A DNA stretch of 64,000 nucleotides from Spirochaetota bacterium (GTDB lineage: Bacteria; Spirochaetota; UBA12135; COTS27): positions 1,383,527 through 1,447,526 of the forward strand of contig AP019861.1 in assembly GCA_013426755.1 (NCBI GenBank). The letters are read 5' to 3'. Positions 9,959-19,265 of this stretch are shown piece after piece; within the stretch, counting starts at the first letter, position 1; each line of letters opens with the position of its first letter. The notes under the pieces were generated by a model. That model saw nothing but the letters and a program-made list of their open reading frames with translations. It was not told where the DNA came from and did not search any database. A program made the position numbers and the translations under genes.

Positions 9959-12900
9959 CTACGGTAACGGGCTCGTGCAGGCGGCTGCGTCTTGATTGTC
10001 CTGACGATTGGCACAGACGACATTGATGAGACGTGGGTATTGGTTTTGGGTGAAGTTCCAGACCTGCTCTGAGAGAACCATGCCCATACTATCCTTATCC
10101 CAATCCACATACACCGAAGCAGCACCAGTCGGCACAATCGCAGACACACGCAACTGATCTGTAGTCCGTCCTGTCACGTTAGCAGTCGTCACAGGAGAAG
10201 CTCCTGTGGTATCACTACCTACGCCTTTTTTATCCGTCTGCACAGCGTCTCCTACCGTTAACGTAGCATCCGTACTGAAGTAGGAACTCGTTACACCAGT
10301 ACCCGTAGGTGAACTTCCATCAGAATTTAACCCGATAAAAAGCCCTACATTATCCCCTGTTCCTGAGACATTCCCGGTCGCATAGACATTAGTGATCGTA
10401 CCACTATAGTTTAACCCGACTAAACCTCCGACATTAGCACTCATCCCTGTTACATTCACACGCGCATAGGAATCTTTGATGGAGGAAGTATCCATTTCCC
10501 CGACTAAACCTCCAAAATTAGTACCCATCTCATTAGTACTCGTCCCTGTTACAGAGCCTATCGCATAAGAACTTATGATCGTAGACTCACCCATAGACCC
10601 GACTAAACCTCCAACAGTAACACTCATCCCTGTTACATTCGCGATCGCGTAGGAATTACTGATCGCAGACCGATAAACCTGCCCGACTAAGCCCCCGACA
10701 CTAGAACCCTCTCCTGATAAGGTTACATCAGCGTAGGAATCACTGACCGAAGAAGAATAGCCAAGAAACGCGACTAAGCCTCCGGCATTAGAGTTCTGAG
10801 AAGAGCCAGGGAAACTTACTTGTGTTACGGAGCCTCCTGTTACGGAGGAGTTACTGATCGTAGAATTAGTAGCCGAATACCCGGCTAAGCCTCCTGTGTC
10901 AGGACCTCCCGTAATGTTAACGTCAGTTAAAATGCAGTTTTTAATCGTAGCATTTGAAGCATTGCCTACTAATCCTACACCATTAGTAAGTCTATTAATA
11001 TAAAGTCCTGAGATCCTTTTACTCGCACAGTCAAGCGTTCCCGAGAACGAATCATTAAGGACACTACCAATTCCGATCGGGTAAAACCCCTTACCCGTAG
11101 CCCCCATCTCATGAGGATGTTTACTGCCTACTTCACTGCGCGGAAATCCCGCCAGTCCCATATCAATATTTCCCATCAGTTTATACTCTTTATCACCATA
11201 AGTACCCCTATCACTAATAACGAGGTGCGACATGAGGTCTAACCTCGGGGCATTATCTATCTCGTAGGGCGTACCACTGTCACCTGTTCCAACAGCAAAA
11301 GTCGTACACTCTGGGAACTCTAATTTAATTATAAATTCACTAGTAAGAATACTAGTATTCCCGGCTGTGTCCACGTCTTCTAAGGTGAGCTTACGAGCAA
11401 CTGTACGTTTACTAGTCATCGTATCCAATGTGTCTCGATCACGGTCATAGTAGCGCGGAAAGGGTGTCGCATCCGCTATCTTACCGCGCGGAAAACCAAC
11501 GATAGTTATCGTAGGTGCTGCTAACAGCTCACAAGCTCCCGTCGTGATCGCAATAGTAGTTCCTGGGTCAACATTCGCTAAGGGAGTACCTGTAATCTCT
11601 GTTCCCTCGATACGCAACTGAATATCACCGTCAAACCTAACGGCAACCGGATGCGGGATTTCTCTCATCGTACGGGTATTAGTAACCGTTATCGTCCCTA
11701 GTAGTACGTTAGTAACGGCTTTTCCTGATGGATCCGTAATCGCTAAGGAGAGCGGCGTTACCGTATAACCTGTTCGTATCATAGCCTCAGTAATCATTAC
11801 TGTACCGCTCTCTGGTGTAGCCGTATCGTCATTTGTAAACCCTAAGACCGTAATATTAGTCGTCTCTATCGTTATTGAAGTAGCAGCCATTCCACCATAT
11901 GTAGCCGTGATGTTCCCTGTTAGCGGTGAATTGTACGCTGCGAGCGTGATCGTGACGGAGTATTCCTCGCTATTATTAGGATTGTCTCTTTCAGAGATCG
12001 TGATCGTACCGATTGACGCATTGGTCACCGCAGCAAAGCTATCGCCAGGGGGACTCATAATCGCACTCGTATTTAGATCAAAGCCCCTAGGAAAGTTTAT
12101 ATCAAAAAGAGCCTCTTCGCCAGGTTCGTTCGCAAAGTTACTATCACCGCCAATGACTATCTGCTTCATCGCCTCGTTAAGCATAATTGAGTTCGCAGCG
12201 ATCCCTGCAAAACCAACTCGCATGATATATTTGCTTAAATCAGTAGCTGTAAACCAATCGCTTACAGGAGCGCCACTAAATACGACTTCTAACGTATAAA
12301 TCGTAGCCTCATTCTCACCGCTATTAATAAGAGCAAAGGTCGGGGCAGAACTGTCGTCCATCGGATCGGTAATAGCTCCGTCAGTACCAGGTGAAAAATC
12401 AAATTCACCACTAGTTCCATGAGGTTCAGCGATAGTTCGTGTGATCGGGGTATTGCCTGGTGTAGTGAATAACCCATCAACCTCGGCAATCGTGAGTGTG
12501 TAGTTACCGAGTCCTGCTTTATTTGTGAGCCCTTCGATACGAATAACATTGCTCCCGTCTTCCGTGCGAACAATACCGCTAATAGCGAGCGTGCTCGTAA
12601 TATCTGTGCCTGGCGGAGTACTATCTCCTTCTGTGATCTTAACATGAAGCCCCGGCGCAAATCGTGTCAGGGCTGCTAACGGAACGTCTGCAATGCTATA
12701 AGCCATGCTATTTTCCGTATTTCCTGTTTCAGTGATCGTAAAACTATTTGGGGTAGGCGTGCTCGTCGTCTCTCCTGTTCCATCAGGATTGGGAAGTGTG
12801 ATCGAATCAGGCGTTGCTGTAAAACCTTCGGGCAGAGTGAATGTGATCTCGCCATCTCCTGTGGGGCTATTCGTAAAACCTGCTATAGAGAGAGTCGTTC

Positions 12901-13417
12901 CAGTGATGGAGAAGGTGCCCCCTTGACTTCCGAATGTTGCTGCAGCGTAGTTACTTAGATTATCACCAGCAAACCAATCATTCACAGGAGCGCCTCCTAT
13001 CACAGTTATTACTGTGTAGGAGACGGGGGCTTCCTCTCCAAACGTGACCATTAGATCAGACATGACTTCATCGGGTGAGATAAACTTTGTTGCTACTACG
13101 GTGAGGCTGGCTGGGGTAGTGGTGATGCCTTGCGTCTGGTCGATATCAATAGTGATTCTAACCGGATCCCCTGAGATCTTATTAACCAAGCCTGCGGCAA
13201 TCCTAAGCTTAGGGCTATTCGGGTCAGAATTATCTACCGTAACATCAAATCCATCAATGTCTAAATTGCTCGTTTTAATGAGATTGGCTAGCAATGTCGG
13301 ATTATCAGACGGTGCTGTCCCATCACTTGTTGATGACGACGGAGCACAACCACTAAGTCCAATTAACATGATACTGCAGAAAATTATCATTAAATCTTTG
13401 AAAGCTCTATATTTCAT
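9959..13417 (-). CDS. GLUG-repeat lipoprotein, tandem copy B (1152 aa)
   Basis: Full-length paralog of copy A with lipobox LSGC, the same architecture and an identical C-terminal ~110 aa except for single substitutions. Confidence 0.9.
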   Translation of the reverse strand: MKYRAFKDLMIIFCSIMLIGLSGCAPSSSTSDGTAPSDNPTLLANLIKTSNLDIDGFDVTVDNSDPNSPKLRIAAGLVNKISGDPVRITIDIDQTQGITTTPASLTVVATKFISPDEVMSDLMVTFGEEAPVSYTVITVIGGAPVNDWFAGDNLSNYAAATFGSQGGTFSITGTTLSIAGFTNSPTGDGEITFTLPEGFTATPDSITLPNPDGTGETTSTPTPNSFTITETGNTENSMAYSIADVPLAALTRFAPGLHVKITEGDSTPPGTDITSTLAISGIVRTEDGSNVIRIEGLTNKAGLGNYTLTIAEVDGLFTTPGNTPITRTIAEPHGTSGEFDFSPGTDGAITDPMDDSSAPTFALINSGENEATIYTLEVVFSGAPVSDWFTATDLSKYIMRVGFAGIAANSIMLNEAMKQIVIGGDSNFANEPGEEALFDINFPRGFDLNTSAIMSPPGDSFAAVTNASIGTITISERDNPNNSEEYSVTITLAAYNSPLTGNITATYGGMAATSITIETTNITVLGFTNDDTATPESGTVMITEAMIRTGYTVTPLSLAITDPSGKAVTNVLLGTITVTNTRTMREIPHPVAVRFDGDIQLRIEGTEITGTPLANVDPGTTIAITTGACELLAAPTITIVGFPRGKIADATPFPRYYDRDRDTLDTMTSKRTVARKLTLEDVDTAGNTSILTSEFIIKLEFPECTTFAVGTGDSGTPYEIDNAPRLDLMSHLVISDRGTYGDKEYKLMGNIDMGLAGFPRSEVGSKHPHEMGATGKGFYPIGIGSVLNDSFSGTLDCASKRISGLYINRLTNGVGLVGNASNATIKNCILTDVNITGGPDTGGLAGYSATNSTISNSSVTGGSVTQVSFPGSSQNSNAGGLVAFLGYSSSVSDSYADVTLSGEGSSVGGLVGQVYRSAISNSYAIANVTGMSVTVGGLVGSMGESTIISSYAIGSVTGTSTNEMGTNFGGLVGEMDTSSIKDSYARVNVTGMSANVGGLVGLNYSGTITNVYATGNVSGTGDNVGLFIGLNSDGSSPTGTGVTSSYFSTDATLTVGDAVQTDKKGVGSDTTGASPVTTANVTGRTTDQLRVSAIVPTGAASVYVDWDKDSMGMVLSEQVWNFTQNQYPRLINVVCANRQDNQDAAACTSPLP

Positions 13418-13441
13418 CTTATCCTCTATACGCTTATAAAT

Positions 13442-13470
13442 AATGTATAACTTCTCGTGCTCTTTTTGAA
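13442..13470 (-). promoter_or_regulatory. Putative sigma70-like promoter of tandem copy B in the 91-bp spacer
   Basis: Minus strand: TTCAAA (13470-13465), 17-nt spacer, TACATT (13447-13442). Homologous to the spacer upstream of copy A. Confidence 0.3.
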
Positions 13471-13508
13471 GTGCTATTAGTTTGGTTATGGGTTAGGTAT
13501 CGTGCTAG

Positions 13509-16500
13509 CTACGGTAACGGGCTTGTGCAGGCGGCTGCGTCTTGATTGTCCTGCCGATTGGCACAGACGACATTGATGAGACGTGGGTATTGGTTTTGGG
13601 TAAAGTTCCAGACCTGGTCTGAGAGAACCATGCCCATACTATCCTTATCCCAATCCACATACACCGAAGCAGCACCAGTCGGCACAATCGCAGACACACG
13701 CAACTGATCTGTAGTCCGTCCTGTCACGTTAGCAGTCGTCACAGGAGAAGCTCCTGTGGCATCACTACCTACGCCTTTTTTATCCGTCTGCACAGCGCCT
13801 CCTACCGTTAACGTAGCATCCGTACTGAAGTAGGAACTCGTTACACCAGTACCCGTAGCCATTATAGGAATAGTAGCAGTAGCATTATAACCGATAAAAA
13901 GCCCTACATTACTACCTGTTCCTGATACATTCCCGGTCGCATAGGCATTAGTGATCGTACCACTATAGTTTCGCCCGACTAAACCTCCGACATCAGAACT
14001 CATCCCTGTTACATTCACACGCGCATAGGAATCTTTAATGAAAGCAGGATCATACATTTCCCCGACTAAACCTCCAACATTAATACCCGTCCCTGTTACA
14101 GAGCCTATCGCATAGGAACCAGTGATCGAAGCCCCCGCAGCATAGATAGACCCGACTAAACCTCCAACAAAATCATCCATCCCTGTTACATTCGCGATCG
14201 CATAGGAATTACTGATCCCAGACCGATCAACATTCCCAACTAAGCCCCCGACACTAGACCCCTTTCCTGATAAGGTTACATCAGCGTAGGAATCACTGAC
14301 CGAAGAAGAAGCGCTAAGAAACGCGACTAAGCCTCCGGCATTAGAGTTCACAGCGTTAGGAATACTTACTTGTGTTACGGAGCCTCCTATTACGGAGGAG
14401 TTACTGATCGTAGAATTAGTAGCCGCAATCCCGACTAAGCCTCCTGTGCTAGGACCTCCCTTAATGTTAACGTCAGTTAGAATGCAGTTTTTAATCGTAG
14501 CACCTAAAGCATTGCCTACTAATCCTACGCCATTAGTAAGTCTATTAATATAAAGTCCTGAGACCCTCTTACTCGCACAGTCAAGCATTCCCGAGAACGA
14601 AGTAGCAGCGGCACTACCAGTTCCGATCGGGTAAAACCCCTTACCCGTAGCCCCCATCTCATGAGGATGTTTACTGCCTACTTCACTGCGCGGAAATCCC
14701 GCCAGTCCCATATCAATATTTCCCGTCAGTTTATACTCTTTATTACCATAAGTACCCCTATCACTACTAACGAGGTGCGACATGAGGTCTAACCTCGGGG
14801 CATTATCTATCTCGTAGGGCGCAGCACTATCACCTGTTCCAACAGCAAAAGTCGTGCACTCTGGGAACGCTAATTTAATTATAAATTCACTAGTAAGAAT
14901 ACTAGTATTCCCGGCTGTGTCCACGTCTTCTAAGGTGAGCTTACGAGCAACCGTAAATTTACCCGAGGCTAGTGTGTCTCGATCACGGTCATAGTAGCGC
15001 GGAAAGGGTGTCGCATCCGCTATCTTACCGCGCGGAAAACCAACGATAGTTATCGTAGGTGCTGCTAACAGCTCACAAGCTCCCGTCGTAACCGCAATAG
15101 TAGTTCCTGAGTCAACATTCGCTAAGGGAGTACCTGTAATCTCTGTTCCCTCGATACGCAACTGAATATCACCGTCAAACCTAACGGTAACCGGATGCGG
15201 GATTTCTCTCATCGTACGGGTATTAGTAACCGTTATCATCCCTAGTAGTACGTTAGTAACGGCTTTTCCTGATGGATCCGTAATCGGTAAGGAGAGGGGC
15301 GTTACCGTATAACCTGTTCGTATCATAGCCTCAGCAATCGTTACTGTACCCATCTCTGGTGTACCTGTATCGTCATTCGTAAACCCTATGATCGTAATAT
15401 TAGTAGTCTCTATGATTACTGAAGTAGCGGCCATCCCACCATACATAGCCGTAATGCTCCCTGTTAGCGGTGAATTGTACGCTGCGAGCGTGATCGTGAC
15501 GGAGTATTCCTCGCTATTATTAGGATTGTCTCTTTCAGAGATCGTGATCGTGCCGATTGACTCACTGGCCACCGCAGCAAATCCATCGCCAGCGGGACTC
15601 ATAAGCGCACTCGTATTTAGATCAAAGCCCCTAGGAAAGTTTATATCAAAAAGAGCCTTTTCGCCAGGTTCGTTCGCAAAGTTACTATCACCGCCAATGA
15701 CTATCTGCTTCATCGCCTCGTTAAGTATAATTGAGTTCGCAGCGATCCCTGCGAAACCAACTCGCATGATATATTTGCTTAAATCAGTTGCTGTAAACCA
15801 ATCGCTTACAGGAGCGCCCCTAAATACGACTTCTAAGGTATAAATAACCTCACCACTACCGTCGCTATTGGTGAGAGAAACGGTCGGGGCAGAACTGCTG
15901 TCCATCGGATCAGTAATAGCTCCGTCAGTGCCAGGTGAAAAGTCTAATTCACCACTAGCTCCATGAGGTTCAGCGATAGTCCGTGTGATCGGGGTACTGT
16001 TTGGTGTCATGAATAACCCATCAACCTCGGCAATCGTAAGTGTGTAGTTACCGAGTCCTGCTTTATTTGTGAGCCCTTCGATACGAATAACATTGCTCCC
16101 GTCTTCCGTGACAATACCGCTAATAGCGAGCGTGCTCGTAATATCTCTACCTGGTGGAGTACTATCTCCTTCTGTGATCTTAACATGAAGTCCTGGCGTA
16201 AATCGTGTCAGGGCTGCTAACGGAACGTCTGCAATTGTGTATTCTACTGAGTTGTTAGCATTTCCCGTCTCAGCGATCGTGAAAGTATTCGGATTGGGCG
16301 TGCTCGTTGTCTCTCCTGTTCCATCAGGATTGGGAAGTGTGATCGAATCAGGCGTTGCTGTAAAACCTTCGGGCAGAGTGAATGTAATCTCGCCAGTTCC
16401 TGTGAGGCTATTCGTGAAACCTGCTACAGAAAGAGTCGTTCCATCAATAGAGAACGTGCCCCCTTGACTTCCGAATGTTGCTGCGACGTAGTTACTTAGA

Positions 16501-16958
16501 TTATCACCAGCAAACCAATCATTCACAGGAGCGCCTCCTATCGCAGTTATTACTGTGTAGGAGACGGGGGCTTCCTCTCCAAACGTGACTATTAGATCAG
16601 ACATGACTTCATCAGGTGAGATAAACTTTGTTGCTACTACGGTGAGGCTGGCTGGGGTAGTCGTGATACCTTGCGTCTGGTCGATATCAATAGTGATTCT
16701 AACCGGATCCCCTGAGATTTTATTAACCAAGCCTGCGGCAATCCTAAGCTTAGGGCTACTCGGGTCAGAATTATCTACCGTAACATCAAATCCATCAATG
16801 TCTAAATTGCTCATTTTAATGAGATTCGCTAGCAATGTCGGATTATCAGACGGTGCTGTCCCATCGCTTGGTGATGACGATGGAGCGCAACTACTAAGTC
16901 CAATTACCATGATACTGCAGAAAATTAATATTGAATGCATGAAGGGGCGAAATTTCAT
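13509..16958 (-). CDS. GLUG-repeat lipoprotein, tandem copy C (1149 aa)
   Basis: Full-length paralog of A and B with lipobox LSSC. Its upstream region (16959-17100) matches the other spacers but carries an extra ~85-bp insertion containing a local duplication (attgaacgc-tgt-tta x2). Confidence 0.9.
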   Translation of the reverse strand: MKFRPFMHSILIFCSIMVIGLSSCAPSSSPSDGTAPSDNPTLLANLIKMSNLDIDGFDVTVDNSDPSSPKLRIAAGLVNKISGDPVRITIDIDQTQGITTTPASLTVVATKFISPDEVMSDLIVTFGEEAPVSYTVITAIGGAPVNDWFAGDNLSNYVAATFGSQGGTFSIDGTTLSVAGFTNSLTGTGEITFTLPEGFTATPDSITLPNPDGTGETTSTPNPNTFTIAETGNANNSVEYTIADVPLAALTRFTPGLHVKITEGDSTPPGRDITSTLAISGIVTEDGSNVIRIEGLTNKAGLGNYTLTIAEVDGLFMTPNSTPITRTIAEPHGASGELDFSPGTDGAITDPMDSSSAPTVSLTNSDGSGEVIYTLEVVFRGAPVSDWFTATDLSKYIMRVGFAGIAANSIILNEAMKQIVIGGDSNFANEPGEKALFDINFPRGFDLNTSALMSPAGDGFAAVASESIGTITISERDNPNNSEEYSVTITLAAYNSPLTGSITAMYGGMAATSVIIETTNITIIGFTNDDTGTPEMGTVTIAEAMIRTGYTVTPLSLPITDPSGKAVTNVLLGMITVTNTRTMREIPHPVTVRFDGDIQLRIEGTEITGTPLANVDSGTTIAVTTGACELLAAPTITIVGFPRGKIADATPFPRYYDRDRDTLASGKFTVARKLTLEDVDTAGNTSILTSEFIIKLAFPECTTFAVGTGDSAAPYEIDNAPRLDLMSHLVSSDRGTYGNKEYKLTGNIDMGLAGFPRSEVGSKHPHEMGATGKGFYPIGTGSAAATSFSGMLDCASKRVSGLYINRLTNGVGLVGNALGATIKNCILTDVNIKGGPSTGGLVGIAATNSTISNSSVIGGSVTQVSIPNAVNSNAGGLVAFLSASSSVSDSYADVTLSGKGSSVGGLVGNVDRSGISNSYAIANVTGMDDFVGGLVGSIYAAGASITGSYAIGSVTGTGINVGGLVGEMYDPAFIKDSYARVNVTGMSSDVGGLVGRNYSGTITNAYATGNVSGTGSNVGLFIGYNATATIPIMATGTGVTSSYFSTDATLTVGGAVQTDKKGVGSDATGASPVTTANVTGRTTDQLRVSAIVPTGAASVYVDWDKDSMGMVLSDQVWNFTQNQYPRLINVVCANRQDNQDAAACTSPLP

Positions 16959-17210
16959 TTTATCCTCTATACGCTTATAAATAATATTGATTGCTAGTGT
17001 TACTATATAACAATTTATGATTTTCTCATTGAACGCCTGTATTATATTGAACGCTTGTGTTACATAGTATAACCTCTCATGCTCTTTTTGTCAAGTCAAT
17101 TTCCCGCAATTTTATAAAATAATCGCAGCAAATTCTAATAAACTCAGACAATCTGGGACAAATTGAGACTCCCCAATTGAGACCGGCTCCCCCTAGTTAT
17201 TAGGAATTGA

Positions 17211-17243
17211 CTTCGTATGACTCTCATAGAGCCATACGAAGTG
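17211..17243. other. Perfect 10-bp inverted repeat (hairpin), function uncertain
   Basis: acttcgtatg (17211-20) pairs with catacgaagt (17234-43) around a 13-nt loop. A T-run follows on the plus strand after 9 nt. On the minus strand it lies ~85 nt downstream of the 645-aa gene but has no T-run on that strand. Confidence 0.25.
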
Positions 17244-17262
17244 CGTATTACTTTTTTTATTG

Positions 17263-17312
17263 GGTTGATACCGTGCTAGCTACTGTAAACGTAGCAGACT
17301 TGTGCAGGCGGA
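17263..17312 (-). pseudogene. ~50-bp relic of the spacer plus 3' end (stop and last ~10 codons) of a tandem-array GLUG gene
   Basis: gggttgataccgtgctagctactgtaaacgtagcagacttgtgcaggcgg aligns with indels to gggttaggtatcgtgctagctacggtaacgggctcgtgcaggcgg, found at each array junction (e.g. 9941-9985). Homology stops abruptly at 17312, 16 bp before the stop of the 645-aa gene. Confidence 0.7.
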
Positions 17313-17327
17313 TTTAGGATAAAAAAC

Positions 17328-19265
17328 TTATAAATCCGTACAATCCTCAGGTATAGGGTCTGCGTATTGACGATTGGCACAGACGACATTTTTGAGACGA
17401 GGATACTTGCCTGCGGTGAAGTTCCACTCACTACTATGCCAGTTCGGGTAAGAGACGCCGGAAGTCAATTGTGAAGTCGTCTGCTCTGTCCCCTCTGTGA
17501 AGCCTCTATATCTTATGGGATTGAAATGATTGCGTTCGCTATCCCAGTAGGAGTGGCGTATGCGCGCATTAGGGGATGAGGAAGTTGTTGCGCTATTGAG
17601 TCCTCCTAATCCTACTCCAGCATATTCACTTTGCAGAGTATTTGGTTGTACCAAATGTACTAGACCAGTGGCATAAGCGGTTTCAACGCTAGAATGAGTG
17701 TGATGAAATACACCTATCAAAGACGCTGCGAGACCATTGGCATGGACATCACCTGTAGCATAGACATTACTGATCGTACTTATTGAGCCAATTACCGCTC
17801 CATCACTATAACCTCTTTTTATCCCCACTGAGCCAATTAGCCCTCCAACTCCATAATCTGCTTTCACTGTCCCCACTGCGTAAGAACTTTTAACGGTCCC
17901 ACCATACACAGCACCTATTAGTCCGCCCACTATTTGACGAAAATTTCCTGTAGCAACTACATTGGCATTAGCGTAAGAGTTAGCAACATTTCCGTCATGC
18001 ATATAACCAACTAGTCCACCTACTAAGTAAGTGCCGCTAACAGTCCCTGTAAAATAAGAGTCGCTGATGCTACTACTATGATACATGACACCAGCTATTC
18101 CTCCCACATTGACACCTGGGCTTTCCCTTAGTATAACTCCACTTATTCCTACTAACGAAGATACAGAACCGCTGAAAGAAGAATTAACAATAGTAGCATT
18201 GCCTTCCAGAGAGCCGGCGAATCCACCGACTGAACTGAATCCAATAACCTTTGCATTAGTGATTCTACAATTTTGAATCGTGCCATCAATTACTTTAGCA
18301 AAAAGTCCTAAATAAGAACCATTGTTTAATTGTCCGCTCCCTTCGGTGTTACTTATGAAAAGATTAGAGATTGTCCGTCCATTGCAATCAAATACTCCTT
18401 TAAACACGTTGGTATGCAGGTCTGCGGTACTGAAATCGTCTTTTGTTGTAGCAATAGGCGTAAACCCTTTGGAAGCGATCTGATAATTGGCAGCTTCACT
18501 CCACGGGGCGTTCGTTTTTCCTAAGTCAATGTCGTTTACGAACCTGAAATGATCATCTCTGTATTTTTCATTAGATGCGTGCATGATTGTGCTGACAATG
18601 TGCAGGTGGATATCTTTTTCAATGAGCCACGGATTTTCGGGAGTGCCATCACCAGACAAATCATCGGCGCTACACTGCTGCACAACCGCATCAAATTGGA
18701 AGATATGGTTTTTGCCGTCTGTATCGGTGAGTACAATACGCTGGGCGTTTGTATTGTTAGCAGGATACTGATCGTCATAATAAAAGTTAAGGGTATCTGT
18801 GCCACCAGCTGAATCAATGTAATAATTACGATCATTTGTTTCTGATGAGTCGTAAACGTGTCTGCGTTTGCCGTATGGCGATCCTCGTTGCGAAGCGAAT
18901 GAGAGTTTAAAGCCTTCGCTGTCAATGGCTTGATTTTCTTTCATGACGGTAACATGATCGATGCTGAGTTCTCCGCAGGGTCTGATGATGACTGAATTGC
19001 GATTTCTTCCTACATCGAGGATGGTGATATCGGAAATATTGATATTGTTATCGCCTATACTCAGTTGAAGCTGCGTGGTGTTATTGTTTGAGGGGTCAAT
19101 CTCTGACGTACTTGTTACCACACCAGAACAACTTATCATGAGCAGTCCCAAAGAAATATATAGAAATGTGGAAAAAGCACGACGGCGTCCTACTCCACTT
19201 CCACCTAGAAATTTACGAAACACTGCTAGCAAATCTAGCAAATATGAATTACGTGACATACACAT
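17328..19265 (-). CDS. Shorter GLUG-repeat lipoprotein (645 aa), paralog 5
   Basis: Signal peptide RRRAFSTFLYISLGLLMISC (lipobox-like). The GLUG-type repeats include VGGFAG, VGGIAG, VGGLVG, VGGLIG x2. The tail is WNFTAGKYPRLKNVVCANRQYADPIPEDCTDL. My hand count placed the stop 1 nt away from the track coordinate; I kept the track value. Confidence 0.85.
   Translation of the reverse strand: MCMSRNSYLLDLLAVFRKFLGGSGVGRRRAFSTFLYISLGLLMISCSGVVTSTSEIDPSNNNTTQLQLSIGDNNINISDITILDVGRNRNSVIIRPCGELSIDHVTVMKENQAIDSEGFKLSFASQRGSPYGKRRHVYDSSETNDRNYYIDSAGGTDTLNFYYDDQYPANNTNAQRIVLTDTDGKNHIFQFDAVVQQCSADDLSGDGTPENPWLIEKDIHLHIVSTIMHASNEKYRDDHFRFVNDIDLGKTNAPWSEAANYQIASKGFTPIATTKDDFSTADLHTNVFKGVFDCNGRTISNLFISNTEGSGQLNNGSYLGLFAKVIDGTIQNCRITNAKVIGFSSVGGFAGSLEGNATIVNSSFSGSVSSLVGISGVILRESPGVNVGGIAGVMYHSSSISDSYFTGTVSGTYLVGGLVGYMHDGNVANSYANANVVATGNFRQIVGGLIGAVYGGTVKSSYAVGTVKADYGVGGLIGSVGIKRGYSDGAVIGSISTISNVYATGDVHANGLAASLIGVFHHTHSSVETAYATGLVHLVQPNTLQSEYAGVGLGGLNSATTSSSPNARIRHSYWDSERNHFNPIRYRGFTEGTEQTTSQLTSGVSYPNWHSSEWNFTAGKYPRLKNVVCANRQYADPIPEDCTDL

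Larger units (their letters stand above)
6423..16990. repeat. Head-to-tail tandem array of three ~3.5-kb gene-plus-spacer units
   Basis: Stop-to-stop offsets are 3532 and 3550 bp; start-to-start offsets are 3550 and 3541 bp. Spacers 9868-9958 and 13418-13508 are both 91 bp and nearly identical. Homology on the left begins at about 6423 (ctagctacggtaacggg). Confidence 0.95.

Noticed and set aside
6423-13699. 64-aa same-strand, alternative-frame ORFs overlapping the 3' ends of the three tandem genes (6423-6617, 9955-10149, 13505-13699).
   Set aside because: They overlap the highly conserved C-terminal coding region in a +1/-1 frame and have Cys/Arg/Trp-rich nonsense-like sequence. They show no independent signals and are most likely artefacts.
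6427-16958. A diversity-generating retroelement as the source of the hypervariable patches in the GLUG genes.
   Set aside because: No reverse transcriptase or template repeat is in the window. The differences include indels and are not visibly restricted to adenine positions. Mosaic sharing between copies fits gene conversion better.
8297-16980. Long antisense ORFs inside the tandem GLUG genes (8297-8752, 9146-9376, 9494-9889 and their equivalents in copies B and C), apparently conserved in all three copies.
   Set aside because: Their conservation is simply inherited from the duplication of the sense gene. They have no SD or plausible starts, and their translations are low-complexity mirror images of a Gly/Thr/Ser/Val-rich frame. 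I treated them as spurious.
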